64,000 nt of DNA from Nannocystales bacterium (GCA_050633305.1 JBOEGF010000010.1:224001-288000), one strand, 5' to 3'; numbered from the stretch's first letter, positions 1 to 10,092 are shown. A program made the numbers and translations. The notes: generated from the letters alone by a model not told the origin.

Positions 1-21
1 GGTCTCCTGGGCGCCGGTGGG

Positions 22-897
22 TCAAGGCAGCGCGTTCCCGCTTGCGAGCGCACCTCGGATTCCGCCCATAGACGCGCCGATTTCAGGCGTCCAGCCCAGG
101 GTGCCCAGACGGGTCGCATCCAACGCGGCGTCCATGGCGAGGAATGCTGCAAGCGGTCCATCGGCCTCGATGGCTTCCGCGAGCGTTCGGGGTTGCAGTT
201 GGACGCTGGCCGCTTCCGCGATGGCGCGCCACAGGCCCAGCATGGGTTCGGGTTCCCGCTCGGCGACGTGGAAGACCCCCCGGGCCTCGGACTCGGCGAG
301 CAGGACATAGGCGCGGGCCAGATCGCGCACGTGGACCGTGGACCAACAGTTCTCGCCTCCATCGATTACGTATGCACCGCCGGCCGACGCACTCTGAGCC
401 ATTCGAGCCAGCGGCCCGCCTCCATCGCCGTACACGATCGGGGGCCGGACCACGATGCCGCGCGCTGTGGTGGCCTTCAGAACCCGGTCTTCGGCGTGGG
501 CCAGCCAGTCAAGCGGTCCGCCAAGAGGGGCAACGTCGGACTCGACGACGGGAGTCCGGCTGCTCCTGGCACGCGGTGCCCCGCTCGTCGTCACGAACAG
601 ACCTCCACGCATCGCGGACAGCATCGCCTCGACGGCCGCTTTGTCGATGTCTGCTCGGCTCGAACCTGGGTCCGCGGCAGTGTGAATGACGCCGTCTCCT
701 GCGGCTGCTTCGGCCTCCAGCACGTCGAGGTCGGTCAAGCTTCCCGCGACAGGGCTGGCTCCCACGCCCCGGACGATCTCGGCTGCGCGGTCTGAACGGG
801 CCAAACCACGGACACGATGACCGCGTTCGATGAGCGCCGCGGCGACCGCCGAACCTATGTATCCACTCGCACCGGTGATGAAGAGATTCATGATCAT
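22..897 (-). CDS. NAD-dependent epimerase/dehydratase (atypical SDR)
   Basis: N-terminal Rossmann motif FITGASGYIG; VVRPPIVYG; divergent from an AraC regulator. Confidence 0.85.
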   Translation of the reverse strand: MIMNLFITGASGYIGSAVAAALIERGHRVRGLARSDRAAEIVRGVGASPVAGSLTDLDVLEAEAAAGDGVIHTAADPGSSRADIDKAAVEAMLSAMRGGLFVTTSGAPRARSSRTPVVESDVAPLGGPLDWLAHAEDRVLKATTARGIVVRPPIVYGDGGGPLARMAQSASAGGAYVIDGGENCWSTVHVRDLARAYVLLAESEARGVFHVAEREPEPMLGLWRAIAEAASVQLQPRTLAEAIEADGPLAAFLAMDAALDATRLGTLGWTPEIGASMGGIRGALASGNALP

Positions 898-1018
898 GTC
901 TCGCTTTCTTCGGGCCTCTAGGGCCGCCCAGACACGCTAGGAAGCTTCGCCGTGCCTGGGTATGCTGGGCCGTCCAGGAATTCATTGCCGTCGTCCCGAA
1001 CACCTCTCGTCGTCCTCT

Positions 1019-1945
1019 GTGACTACTGACGATGCGATGACAGCGGTGCTGCGGCACCTTCGGATCCGCGACCCTCTGTTCGGCCGCATCGAGCTCCGTG
1101 AACCATGGGGCGGGCCCTCGAGCCCCGATGCGGACTTGTTGCTTCATCACGTCGTGGAGGGCACCGCGTACCTGCACCTGGACGGTCCCCCGGTCGAGAT
1201 CCGTGCTGGCGGGGTCGTGTTGCTCGCCGGTTGTGCACACGCGCTGAGCCACGGGCCCGGCCGCCCCGGCCCAGAGACTCGGTTCTGGGATGGACCCTCA
1301 GAGTCCGTGGGTCCCAGTGCAGTGCGACGCCGGCTCGGGGGGAGCGGGTCGCAGACCGTGATCCTCTGCGCGTCCGCATCGCTCGAGGGTGCTGCATCGC
1401 GGCTGTTGCTTTCCAGCCTGCCCCCGGTTGTCCACGTGGAGTGTGCGTCGGAACTCCCAGGCTTCGCACTCGTCCTCGACTGCATCCGAGACGAGGTCTC
1501 GTCGAACCGTGCAGGCGCCCCTGCAATGCTCGCGCGTTATGCCGAGATGCTCTTGCTTCTGGTCGTGCGCGCGAACACCAGCCCGACACGCGGTTGGACG
1601 GCGGCGCTTGCCGATGTTGGCCTTGGACGCGCACTGGCAGCGTTGTACGAAGACCCGGCGCGCTCATGGACGGTGGTCGAGTTGGCGCGCACCGCAGGCA
1701 TGAGTCGCTCGCGGTTCTCCGAGTGTTTTCGCGACCAGGTTGGTGAGAGTCCGATCCGGCACCTAACCCGGTGGCGCATGGCCCTGGCCCAAGACTTGCT
1801 CGCGGCCGGGAGCCGTGTCGGCGCAGTTGCAGCGTGCGTCGGCTACAGCGACGAAGCTGCGTTCAGCAACGCGTTCCGCCGCGAGGTGGGCGTGAGCCCT
1901 GGGCAGTTTCGCGACACCGCGCGATCCGTCTCGAACCCCCCGTGA
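1019..1945 (+). CDS. AraC-family transcriptional regulator with N-terminal cupin domain
   Basis: C-terminal double HTH (WTVVELARTAGMSRSRF...VGYSDEAAFSNAFRR); start GTG 1019 or ATG 1037. Confidence 0.88.
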   Translation: MTTDDAMTAVLRHLRIRDPLFGRIELREPWGGPSSPDADLLLHHVVEGTAYLHLDGPPVEIRAGGVVLLAGCAHALSHGPGRPGPETRFWDGPSESVGPSAVRRRLGGSGSQTVILCASASLEGAASRLLLSSLPPVVHVECASELPGFALVLDCIRDEVSSNRAGAPAMLARYAEMLLLLVVRANTSPTRGWTAALADVGLGRALAALYEDPARSWTVVELARTAGMSRSRFSECFRDQVGESPIRHLTRWRMALAQDLLAAGSRVGAVAACVGYSDEAAFSNAFRREVGVSPGQFRDTARSVSNPP

Positions 1946-2017
1946 GACTGTCTTGTCGAGTCTTCCCTCCGGCGTGAGTGCGACCTGCCGGGGGCCTCGG
2001 GCTGCGACACTCGCGTG

Positions 2018-2380
2018 CTACAGCGCCGCCCCGTCGTAGTGCTGGACGGGCAACGCACCGAAGTCGAAATCCGTGAGACAGCGGGTGTTGACCGCGTACA
2101 TCTTCTCGCCATCGTGGCCCGGCCCCCAAGAGAACGGCCGAACGCCGCACGTTTTGCAGAACAGGTGGTGGGTCTTTTCCTTGCCGAACAAGTAGTCGGT
2201 GAGGGCGTCATCGCCCTGGAGCAGCGTGAAGCTGTTGGCGGGCGCAAACGCCAGCTTCCAGCCCGCGCGGGAGCACATCGAGCAGTTGCACTCCATCAGA
2301 CCGTCGATCTCCGCTTGGAGTTCGAACTTTACTGCGCCGCAGTGGCAGCTTCCCTGGTGCGTGGGGACGGTGTCAGCCAT
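2018..2380 (-). CDS. GFA/CENP-V family Zn-binding protein
   Basis: GSCHCG...CNCSMC...FCKTCG motifs. Confidence 0.9.
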   Translation of the reverse strand: MADTVPTHQGSCHCGAVKFELQAEIDGLMECNCSMCSRAGWKLAFAPANSFTLLQGDDALTDYLFGKEKTHHLFCKTCGVRPFSWGPGHDGEKMYAVNTRCLTDFDFGALPVQHYDGAAL

Positions 2381-2494
2381 GGGAGGAGCATGACGGCGAC
2401 GGCGGCTGCCGTATTGAACAAACGCGTCACGCCCTCAATGGGGGAGCTGCTCGGCTCCCGTCCTCCCGTCCGTATCCCGCCACACCCCTCCGGA

Positions 2495-4249
2495 CTACAG
2501 GGGCGTGAAGACCACGAACACCACGTGTTGGCCCCAGGCGGAGTAGGGCGGGGTGAAGTAGCTGACGGTAACTGCGACCGCCATGTCCTCGTGCTCGAAG
2601 AACTCCTTCGAGAAATCAGGGGTCCAGCCGTCGATGAGTGTGGGGGTGTAGATGAAACCGTAGAAGTCCCGACCGACGCGTTCGCTGAAGTGTTTGACCA
2701 TCCGCTCGAGTTCCTCGCCAGGCTTGCTCTGTTCGAGGCGGATACGCTCGGCGCTCTCGGAGAGGGCGGCCGCGTCGACGCCTCCCTCGACCCGTTGCAC
2801 GGGAGGGAGATCGACGGAGGCTCGCGCATCGTCGAGGGCCGCGAGCACTGCGGCCTCCTCTGCGGCGAACTCGCCGGGTACGAACACCTCGTAGCCAACG
2901 TTGAGCAACCCTCGCGCCGAGTTGTCGGGATCATCGAGGACGGCGGTTGAAACGACGAACGTCTCGGGGCTGAGGGCGGTGGCTCGGAACGCCGGAAAGA
3001 ACAGCGCCCCGGCGAGGATGCGGTCCAGCGGCGTGTCCGGGTGGTGAAACAGGGTATTGAAGGTGCCCTGTCGGATGGTTTGGTCGACCTGCCACCCCGC
3101 GATGAGCCCCATCGCCACCTCGTTGCGTACGCTCGGGGCGGCGGTGTTGAGCAGGTGAGGGAAGAGGTTGGCGGTCACGACGTCCTGCTTCGGTGCACCC
3201 ACCACATCGGGAAGCCCGGTCTTTCCGCGTAAGGCGTTGATTCCTGCGAGAACCGCCGACGGGCTGAAGTCGCCTGCGGTCGCGGGGAGATCGAGCGAGG
3301 GAGCGTCGTATTGGGTGGGCGCGGAGCCGTCGGGGGAGAGCAGGACACGCGCCATCACTTGGCCGAGCACTGAACCCTTGGGAGCAGCAACGACTTCCAC
3401 GACCTCCAGCGCGTCGTCGAGCTTGGTCGGGCAGCGAAATCCGAACGTGCCAGCGGGGTCTGAAGCGGGGAGACGAGCACAGCTCTTGCTGCCGAACGCG
3501 CCTTGCGTGACCCGGGCCGTCATCCACTCGGTCGGTTGGTCGTAGACGCCCGAGATCTCTACGTAGCCATCACCGCCGCTGTGGAACGGGACGGGGGTGA
3601 GCTCCAGCGGTGGCTCTCCCACGAGGACGGACACGACGACCTGCTTCTCGCCTTTCCATACTCCAAGACCCGCGACGGCTTGGGCGGATGCGTCGTCGAG
3701 CAGTGCGAGAACCTGCGGTTCGGGTCGCTTGGGGTTCAAGGGCCGAAACTTGTCGAGGTCGAACGACCAGCGCGCTGACCGGACTGTGTCGAAGGGGACG
3801 CCGCAGCGCGCGTGCATGAAGGCGCGAACGTCGGCGCCCACGACGGTCTCGGGATGCTCGGCGTCAAAGCGCGCGTACTGCTGGGCGAGACAGGTCATCG
3901 CGGCGGAGACCGGCACGCCAGAACCGCCGGACTTGACCCAAGCCGAGAACGCGTTGGAGCTGGCGTCGTCGCCTGCGTAGGGCGCCCTCCACTGGGCCTG
4001 GGGAACGGATGGCTCGATGGACCAGGAGGTGACCGCCGCGAGGGTGCCGACGACAGCCAGCGGACGATCGACCGGGGTCGCGCCGAGTTCGTCCAAGCGC
4101 TCTTGGGTTGGAAATGGCTGCCGGATGGGAACTGCGTTGGCAGCGAGCTTCTTTGTCTTGAACCTGGGCGTGGGCGACGAGGCTGCGCAACCGACGGAAA
4201 ACAGGGCAACCAGCGTTGCGTACGTGAGGAATCGAGTCTTGAACAGCAT
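2495..4249 (-). CDS. Uncharacterised lipoprotein, possibly with degenerate CAP/SCP-like repeats
   Basis: Lipobox FSVGC; repeated INALRGKTGLP / LDDARASVDLP segments. Confidence 0.6.
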   Translation of the reverse strand: MLFKTRFLTYATLVALFSVGCAASSPTPRFKTKKLAANAVPIRQPFPTQERLDELGATPVDRPLAVVGTLAAVTSWSIEPSVPQAQWRAPYAGDDASSNAFSAWVKSGGSGVPVSAAMTCLAQQYARFDAEHPETVVGADVRAFMHARCGVPFDTVRSARWSFDLDKFRPLNPKRPEPQVLALLDDASAQAVAGLGVWKGEKQVVVSVLVGEPPLELTPVPFHSGGDGYVEISGVYDQPTEWMTARVTQGAFGSKSCARLPASDPAGTFGFRCPTKLDDALEVVEVVAAPKGSVLGQVMARVLLSPDGSAPTQYDAPSLDLPATAGDFSPSAVLAGINALRGKTGLPDVVGAPKQDVVTANLFPHLLNTAAPSVRNEVAMGLIAGWQVDQTIRQGTFNTLFHHPDTPLDRILAGALFFPAFRATALSPETFVVSTAVLDDPDNSARGLLNVGYEVFVPGEFAAEEAAVLAALDDARASVDLPPVQRVEGGVDAAALSESAERIRLEQSKPGEELERMVKHFSERVGRDFYGFIYTPTLIDGWTPDFSKEFFEHEDMAVAVTVSYFTPPYSAWGQHVVFVVFTPL

Positions 4250-4374
4250 CCTGCGTCCTGTGCGAAGAAAGCCAGCTCTGGCGGGGTCGGTCAAGCGATT
4301 GGTGCGCCGCGGACACTGGATTGTTGCGTCGGCCGGCGGTTGTGGGAGGCCGCATCGGGGCTACAACGCTTCTC

Positions 4375-5019
4375 ATGATCCGAAGCAATTCGATCGCACT
4401 CGCCTTCGGCCTCGTTCTGACCGCCACTGCGTGCAGCAATCCCGCCGATGGGAAGCCGCAGGCCAAGGTCGAAGAGGCGGCACCGATGGACAAGACGGCA
4501 ACCCCGGCCGTGAAGACGGGCGTCTTCACCGTCAACGCGGGTGCCTCCAAGCTGGGCTTTGTCGGATCGAAGGTCACGGGCTCGCACCCGGGGGGCTTCA
4601 AAAAATTCACGGCTACGGTCGACCCCAAAGACGGGAAGGTCGAAGGAGGCAGCGTGTCGGTCGAGATCGACATCGACAGCATGTTCAGCGACAGCGAAAA
4701 GCTGACCGGACACCTCAAGAGCGCCGACTTCTTTGACGCGCAGGCGCACCCCAAGGCCACCTTCCAGTCCTCCGAAATCAAAGCCGGCGGAGCCGACGGC
4801 CACAGTCACACCGTCGTGGGCAACCTCGGGTTGCATGGCGTGACCAAGCAGATCACTTTCCCCGCCAACATCTCGATGAGCGGCGGAACGGTCACGGTGA
4901 AGAGCGAGTTCTCCATCAACCGCAAGGACTTCAAGATGGCCTACGCTGGCAAGGCGGACGATCTGATCCGCGACGAGGTCGTGATCAACCTCGATCTCAC
5001 CTTCGACGGGAAGGCCTGA
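4375..5019 (+). CDS. YceI-family lipid/polyisoprenoid-binding lipoprotein
   Basis: Lipobox TATAC; LTGHLKSADFFD, GNLGLHGVTKQITF, INRKDF motifs. Confidence 0.9.
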   Translation: MIRSNSIALAFGLVLTATACSNPADGKPQAKVEEAAPMDKTATPAVKTGVFTVNAGASKLGFVGSKVTGSHPGGFKKFTATVDPKDGKVEGGSVSVEIDIDSMFSDSEKLTGHLKSADFFDAQAHPKATFQSSEIKAGGADGHSHTVVGNLGLHGVTKQITFPANISMSGGTVTVKSEFSINRKDFKMAYAGKADDLIRDEVVINLDLTFDGKA

Positions 5020-5025
5020 GCGCGC

Positions 5026-5589
5026 CTACCAACGGATCGTGCACGTGATGCGGCCGTCCTCGAGGCGGCTCGCATCGATCTCGACCGTTGCGTCTTCGGG
5101 CTGGGCCCGGACCATCCCCAGCAGAGACCCCTCGACCGAGTAGAGGGTCCGCTCGACCCGGAGTCTCGGCGGGAGATTGGCGTAGTAGATCCGGATGGTG
5201 TTTTCGTGGCTCTCGGTCGTGACGCTGCCCATGTTGCGGGTCGTCACCTGCCAGCCGCGGGCGATCCACTTGAACTGGCCGGCGGGGTCCTTCCCGAAGA
5301 TGCGTCGAGCCGAGGCCATGATGGGGCCAAAGAGTTTGGACTCGGACCACACCGTCACTTGCTGAGCGAAAAACTCCTTGAACCCTTCGGGGCCGAGGAC
5401 GTCGAGCAGGGCGGCGGAGAGTCGTTCGAGTGGCCGGCTGTCCATCCACGTGAGACTTCGTCCGCCGTCGATGGCTTCGATGTCCTGAGGATCGACCCGA
5501 GAGAGGACCGCGTCGGCCTCCGGGAGGTTCCGGATGCGCTTGAGCGTCATCCGACACATCGCAACCCGGTACTGCGGCTCCTCCGACAC
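5026..5589 (-). CDS. Hypothetical protein (myxobacterial, possibly V4R/HNOB-like fold)
   Basis: Protein-like ORF between two genes; ends in TCTIRW. Confidence 0.6.
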   Translation of the reverse strand: MSEEPQYRVAMCRMTLKRIRNLPEADAVLSRVDPQDIEAIDGGRSLTWMDSRPLERLSAALLDVLGPEGFKEFFAQQVTVWSESKLFGPIMASARRIFGKDPAGQFKWIARGWQVTTRNMGSVTTESHENTIRIYYANLPPRLRVERTLYSVEGSLLGMVRAQPEDATVEIDASRLEDGRITCTIRW

Positions 5590-5662
5590 CTATAGCGATC
5601 TTGCGACAAGCCTCGCTGACTTGCGAGGGTTGATGTGAAACTGAGGTCGTCTCGGGAATCGA

Positions 5663-6625
5663 ATGGTGCCGGACTTGGTACGCTCGGCCACATTGCAGGC
5701 AACCACAAGCCAGTCCGAGACGCTCGGCGGCCTCAGCTGTGAGAGCTGCGGGGCGTCGCTCAACGTTGAAGCGGGAGAGCGTACCGCGATGTGCCCGTAT
5801 TGCGCATCCCCAGCTGTGGTGGCAAAGCCGCGGGCGGCTGGGGAGGACCCTGCATTCGTCGTGGGGTTCGTCATTCCCGAGGCTGACGCACGGACACGAG
5901 CCCGGGCGTGGATCCAGAGCACATGGTTCGTGAAGTCCGCGTTCGCGAAGGCGGACGTCAGCGCGGTTCGAGGGGTGTATCTGCCCGCATACTTGTATTC
6001 GGGTTCAGCGGCGGTCGAGTACACCGCGCAGATCGGTGAGAACTACACCGTCACCGAGACGTACACGACGACCGACTCCCAAGGGAAAACCGTCACCCGC
6101 ACCCGAACACGCACGGTGACCGAGTGGAGATCGCTCCAAGGCTCATGGGCCGCCTACCTCGACGACGTGGTCGTGACCGCCTCCCGCGGACTCGAGAACG
6201 CTGAACTCGAAGCGATCGAGCCGTACGATCTTCGCGCCCTCCACCGCTACACACCCAAGCTGCTCTCTGGGTGGCTGGCCGAGGACCCATCGCGATCTGT
6301 GGCGGAGTGCGCCGCGATGGCGCGGCAGGAAGCGGTCGAGCAAGTGGGGCGGCGAGTGTCGGCGCACATGCCTGGCGATAGTCACCGAAGCCTGCAGTAC
6401 AAGACGCGGTTCGAGAACGAACACGGTGCGTTGATGTTGCTTCCCGTATGGGTGCTCGCGGTGAAGTACGATCCCGAGGCCCCTGCGGTGCGGATGGTCC
6501 TCAACGGCCAAACGGGCGCGCTGATCGGAAAACCGCCGCGCTCGTGGGTCAAAATCTCGCTCGCTGTGGTCGTGGGCATTGTGTTGATCGCGGCCGTCGT
6601 CGCGCTGGCGGGGGCAAACCCATGA
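5663..6625 (+). CDS. Zinc-ribbon protein with C-terminal TM helix
   Basis: CESCG...CPYC; YLPAYL; LLPVWV...LNGQTG; C-terminal hydrophobic helix. Confidence 0.8.
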   Translation: MVPDLVRSATLQATTSQSETLGGLSCESCGASLNVEAGERTAMCPYCASPAVVAKPRAAGEDPAFVVGFVIPEADARTRARAWIQSTWFVKSAFAKADVSAVRGVYLPAYLYSGSAAVEYTAQIGENYTVTETYTTTDSQGKTVTRTRTRTVTEWRSLQGSWAAYLDDVVVTASRGLENAELEAIEPYDLRALHRYTPKLLSGWLAEDPSRSVAECAAMARQEAVEQVGRRVSAHMPGDSHRSLQYKTRFENEHGALMLLPVWVLAVKYDPEAPAVRMVLNGQTGALIGKPPRSWVKISLAVVVGIVLIAAVVALAGANP

Positions 6626-7578
6626 CCGCGCGAGCTTGTACGCGGTGCCACAGCCCGCTGGAGATCGAAGACCTGCGGTGTGCGGTCTGTGCTCTTCCCA
6701 CCCCGCGGCTTGCGAGGGACGAACGTCCGGCCGAGTCGGTTGCCCAGATCCTTCGATGCAACGGTTGCGGAGCAGGTGTCCAATACAGCGCCGAGGCCCG
6801 AGCGCCACGCTGCGACTTTTGCGGCGCGGTGATGGAACTCGAAACGCCCGAAGACCCGGTGGAGCAGGCCGAGCGTTACCTCGACTTCACGGTGACCGAT
6901 GCGCAAGCCCGGGCCGCGCTCAAGCAGTGGCTCGGCCGCAAGAGCTTCTTTCGCCCATCGGATCTCCAGTCTCGTGCGGCTGTCGATGGGCTCAAGCCGC
7001 TGTGGTGGGCGGGGTGGATGTTCGACGCCGCCGCCAGTGTTTGCTGGGCGGCGGACTCCAACGCTGGCTCGCGTCGATCTGCGTGGGCGCCTCACTCCGG
7101 AGAGTTCACGATGGAAGCCGAGAACGTGGTCGTGCCGGCCTCGGTCGGGCTGACGGCTGACGAATGCCGGGCGCTGGCGCGGCACTGCGATCTGGGGCGC
7201 TCCAGCGACGAGCCACAGGGGCATCCTGGGGCGACGGTCGAGCAGTTCACCCTTCAGCGCTCGGCGGCACGCAAGGTGATCTCGGAGGCTCTCGAAGGTG
7301 TCGCCCGCAGCCGCGCAAAACCCCACATTCCCGGGACCGCCGTTCGAAAGCTCCACGTGAGTGTGCTGCCGTCCCGACTCACCACGAGCCACCTCGCGTT
7401 CCCCGCGTTTGTGCTCGCCTACCGGTACCGGGACAAGCTCTATCGCGCCGTCGTCCACGGACAGGATCCGAGCTGTGTGTTGGGTAAGGCACCGGTGTCT
7501 TGGCCCAAGATTGCGCTGGTTGTTCTCGGGGTCATCGGGCTCGTCGGCTTGGTGGTGTTGGCGCTCTCGGTCGTTTGA
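6622..7578 (+). CDS. Double zinc-ribbon protein with C-terminal TM helix, paralogue of the upstream gene
   Basis: ATGA overlap with upstream stop; CTRC, CAVC, CNGC, CDFC; FPAFVLAY...VHGQD; C-terminal TM. Confidence 0.8.
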   Translation: MTARACTRCHSPLEIEDLRCAVCALPTPRLARDERPAESVAQILRCNGCGAGVQYSAEARAPRCDFCGAVMELETPEDPVEQAERYLDFTVTDAQARAALKQWLGRKSFFRPSDLQSRAAVDGLKPLWWAGWMFDAAASVCWAADSNAGSRRSAWAPHSGEFTMEAENVVVPASVGLTADECRALARHCDLGRSSDEPQGHPGATVEQFTLQRSAARKVISEALEGVARSRAKPHIPGTAVRKLHVSVLPSRLTTSHLAFPAFVLAYRYRDKLYRAVVHGQDPSCVLGKAPVSWPKIALVVLGVIGLVGLVVLALSVV

Positions 7579-7666
7579 ACTTCCTGTTCGCGGCCCCACA
7601 AGGCGCGCAGTACCGGCCGCACCGAGATCCGGGAACCTCTGGGGGGCCTGGTCGCACAGCACAGAA

Positions 7667-9016
7667 GTGAGATTGAGAACGCTCGGGTTCGGGGTTGCGC
7701 TGTTCGCGGTGCTCGGAGGTTGTGACCAGCCCGCAGGCCGAGCGAGCAGCCCCTACGCTGCGCCCGGGGGGAAGGCCGACGACGGGGCCACGGCGATCGA
7801 GGGGCTGAACTTCGACGGCATCGCCCGAAGCTTGGTCGCGCAGGCGAGTGCGCCGCTCGACCCCGCGGCCCCCGGTGCCGAAGAGCCCGACGCGCCTGAG
7901 GAACCCGACGAGCCTGAAGAGCCTGAAGAGCCTAGTGATGATCCCGGGGAAGAGCCGCCGGGAGGCAGCGGTGAGGTTCCCGAGGGTTGTGACGGCTTCG
8001 AGTGTGCGGATGGAACGTGCATCGCGGTGAACTGGGAGTGCGATGGCGAGGCCGATTGTGGGGCCGCCGAGGACGAAGCGAACTGCGAGGGCTCGTGTTC
8101 GGGTCACACGTGCGGCGATGGCGTGTGCATCCAAGCCGACTGGGTTTGCGACACATGGGTCGACTGCGCCGACGGTTCCGACGAGGCGGCCTGCGGCGTC
8201 GCCGAGCATGAACTCGACCTCGAGGGGGCCCGCGCCCCGGCCTTGCTGGACACGAGCTGTGTCTTCAGCGCAACGGCAAGCTCGGCCGCGGCAGGTGTTG
8301 TCGCAGCCGAGATCATCACCAAATCCTGCACGGCAGGTGGCGTCGTGGTCGGCATTGCGACGTCTCCCAGCGGCGCGGGTGCCGTTGGCGGATTCGGCGT
8401 AGCCGCCGTGTGCGGGGCCACAGACCTCTCGCAAGTCGACGCTGTGGTCGGTGGAGTTGTGGGCGCAGTCGGAGGACTCGTCGGCGGTGTCACGTTCTGC
8501 GACGGTGGGGTGGTCGACCAGGCAAACACCTTCATCAACTGGCTGTGGGGAACCGAGCCCGAAGCGATTCCTGTCTACAAGCTGGACGCGCTCCCGACCG
8601 CCGACGAAGAGGGTGCTGGCCTTGCCGCGACGGCCGATGAGCTGCTCTCCGAGGCCTGCGGAGCCAACACGCCCGACGCCGCGATCGACAACTGCAACCT
8701 TTTCTTTCACTACACTGACGCGGCTGGGTACGCGGGCATCTCGAGCCACCCCGACATGGCCATTCTGGGGGACGCGCAGAATCGTGTCTTCGTCACCTGG
8801 ATCCCGTTCACCCCCTCGGACGTCCGCAATCAGCTGGTGTTCCAAGGTGCGAACGCTGGGAAGGGCGACTACATGTTTGCGTTCCGTCTCTCCGCCGACG
8901 CACCGCTCCGGCCAGACACGAACTCGATCGAGCTGGTCCACACTGGGACGTTGCGGCTGAGAACCCGGGCCGAGCTTGTCTACGCGGGGCCCAACCCGAT
9001 GGCGGTCTTGGAGTAG
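7667..9016 (+). CDS. Lipoprotein with two LDL-receptor class A repeats, a Gly/Ala/Val hydrophobic segment and a putative C-terminal ADP-ribosyltransferase-like domain
   Basis: Lipobox VLGGC; two six-Cys repeats ending DCxxxxDExxC; C-terminal FHYTDAAGYAGI...VFVT. Confidence 0.75.
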   Translation: MRLRTLGFGVALFAVLGGCDQPAGRASSPYAAPGGKADDGATAIEGLNFDGIARSLVAQASAPLDPAAPGAEEPDAPEEPDEPEEPEEPSDDPGEEPPGGSGEVPEGCDGFECADGTCIAVNWECDGEADCGAAEDEANCEGSCSGHTCGDGVCIQADWVCDTWVDCADGSDEAACGVAEHELDLEGARAPALLDTSCVFSATASSAAAGVVAAEIITKSCTAGGVVVGIATSPSGAGAVGGFGVAAVCGATDLSQVDAVVGGVVGAVGGLVGGVTFCDGGVVDQANTFINWLWGTEPEAIPVYKLDALPTADEEGAGLAATADELLSEACGANTPDAAIDNCNLFFHYTDAAGYAGISSHPDMAILGDAQNRVFVTWIPFTPSDVRNQLVFQGANAGKGDYMFAFRLSADAPLRPDTNSIELVHTGTLRLRTRAELVYAGPNPMAVLE

Positions 9017-9032
9017 ACACGTCGCGCTCTCC

Positions 9033-9671
9033 TCACCCGGCACGAGGGCGGAGCCGAGCGCTCAGCAGCATCGCGATGCCCGGCAGTCCAACGCCGGCCA
9101 TCGCCGCCAACTCGAGACTGCCGAGGTCCGACGCGATGCTCCCTGCCGCGGCATAAACCAGTGCGATCGCGAGATTGGCGAGCGTCGTCGCGGCCAGGAC
9201 GCGCATGCGCGGCATGCCCGATGTCCCTGCAACGAGCACGCTCGCCTCGGCCAGCACTGGGACGGCCCGCAGCGCGACCAACAGAGCGAGTCCGTGTTTT
9301 TCTCCGAACGCTTCCAGTCGTTGGCGCTGGGCGTCGTCCACCCAACGAGACACCCCGGCACGGCCGGCCGAACGCCCCAACTCGTAGCCGACCCACCCGC
9401 CGAAGCTCAGGCCCAACGTGATGATCGTCGCCCCCGCGGCGGTCCCGAACACGGCGCCGACGCCCACGGCGAGCAGGCTGGAGGGGATCGGGAGCACGAG
9501 GTCGCCCGCGAGAAGGGCGATGAGAATGAGAGCCAGGGAAGCGGACGGGGTGGCGCTGTCGAGCAACGACGCGCCGTAGGCTTCGAACGCGTCCCCCCAG
9601 AGCGCAAACGGAACGAGGATCGCGGCGAAGAGCGCGGTCCACAGAACCGGTACGGGGACGCGTCGGGTCAC
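9033..9671 (-). CDS. DedA/TVP38 (VTT domain) membrane protein
   Basis: DLVLPIPSS, GYELGR, LRAVPVLAE motifs; multiple TM helices. Confidence 0.85.
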   Translation of the reverse strand: MTRRVPVPVLWTALFAAILVPFALWGDAFEAYGASLLDSATPSASLALILIALLAGDLVLPIPSSLLAVGVGAVFGTAAGATIITLGLSFGGWVGYELGRSAGRAGVSRWVDDAQRQRLEAFGEKHGLALLVALRAVPVLAEASVLVAGTSGMPRMRVLAATTLANLAIALVYAAAGSIASDLGSLELAAMAGVGLPGIAMLLSARLRPRAG

Positions 9672-9729
9672 GGTTTGTGACCGTAGCACTTGCTGGGCGC
9701 CGCCGAAGCTGGCCTGTGCCCGCGGCTGT

Positions 9730-10092
9730 CTATGCCTCGGACCAAACGCCGAGTTCGTTCCCGCCGGGGTCGGTGAAGTGAAAACGGCGGCCGCCGGGGA
9801 ACTCGAAGGTCGGTGTCGAGATGGTCCCGCCTGCTGCGGTGACTGCGGCGAGCGTCTCGTCGAGTTTTTCGGAGTACAGGACGACAAGCGGCCCGCCCGG
9901 CCCCCGCGGTTCTCCCTGTGTGAGGCCACCCTGCTCTCGGGTGTCTCCCTGAATCCCCGCGTACTCAGGGCCGTAGTCGGTGAACTGCCAGCCGAACGCC
10001 TTGGCGTAGAACGCCTTGGCGGCCGGGATATCGGGTACGGTGAGTTCGATGTAGTCGATCGTGTGGTGGGTGTGGACGGCGGACTCGGCCAT
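9730..10092 (-). CDS. VOC/glyoxalase family protein
   Basis: IDYIEL...AKAFYAKAFGW...FPGGRRFHFTDPGGNELGVWS. Confidence 0.92.
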   Translation of the reverse strand: MAESAVHTHHTIDYIELTVPDIPAAKAFYAKAFGWQFTDYGPEYAGIQGDTREQGGLTQGEPRGPGGPLVVLYSEKLDETLAAVTAAGGTISTPTFEFPGGRRFHFTDPGGNELGVWSEA

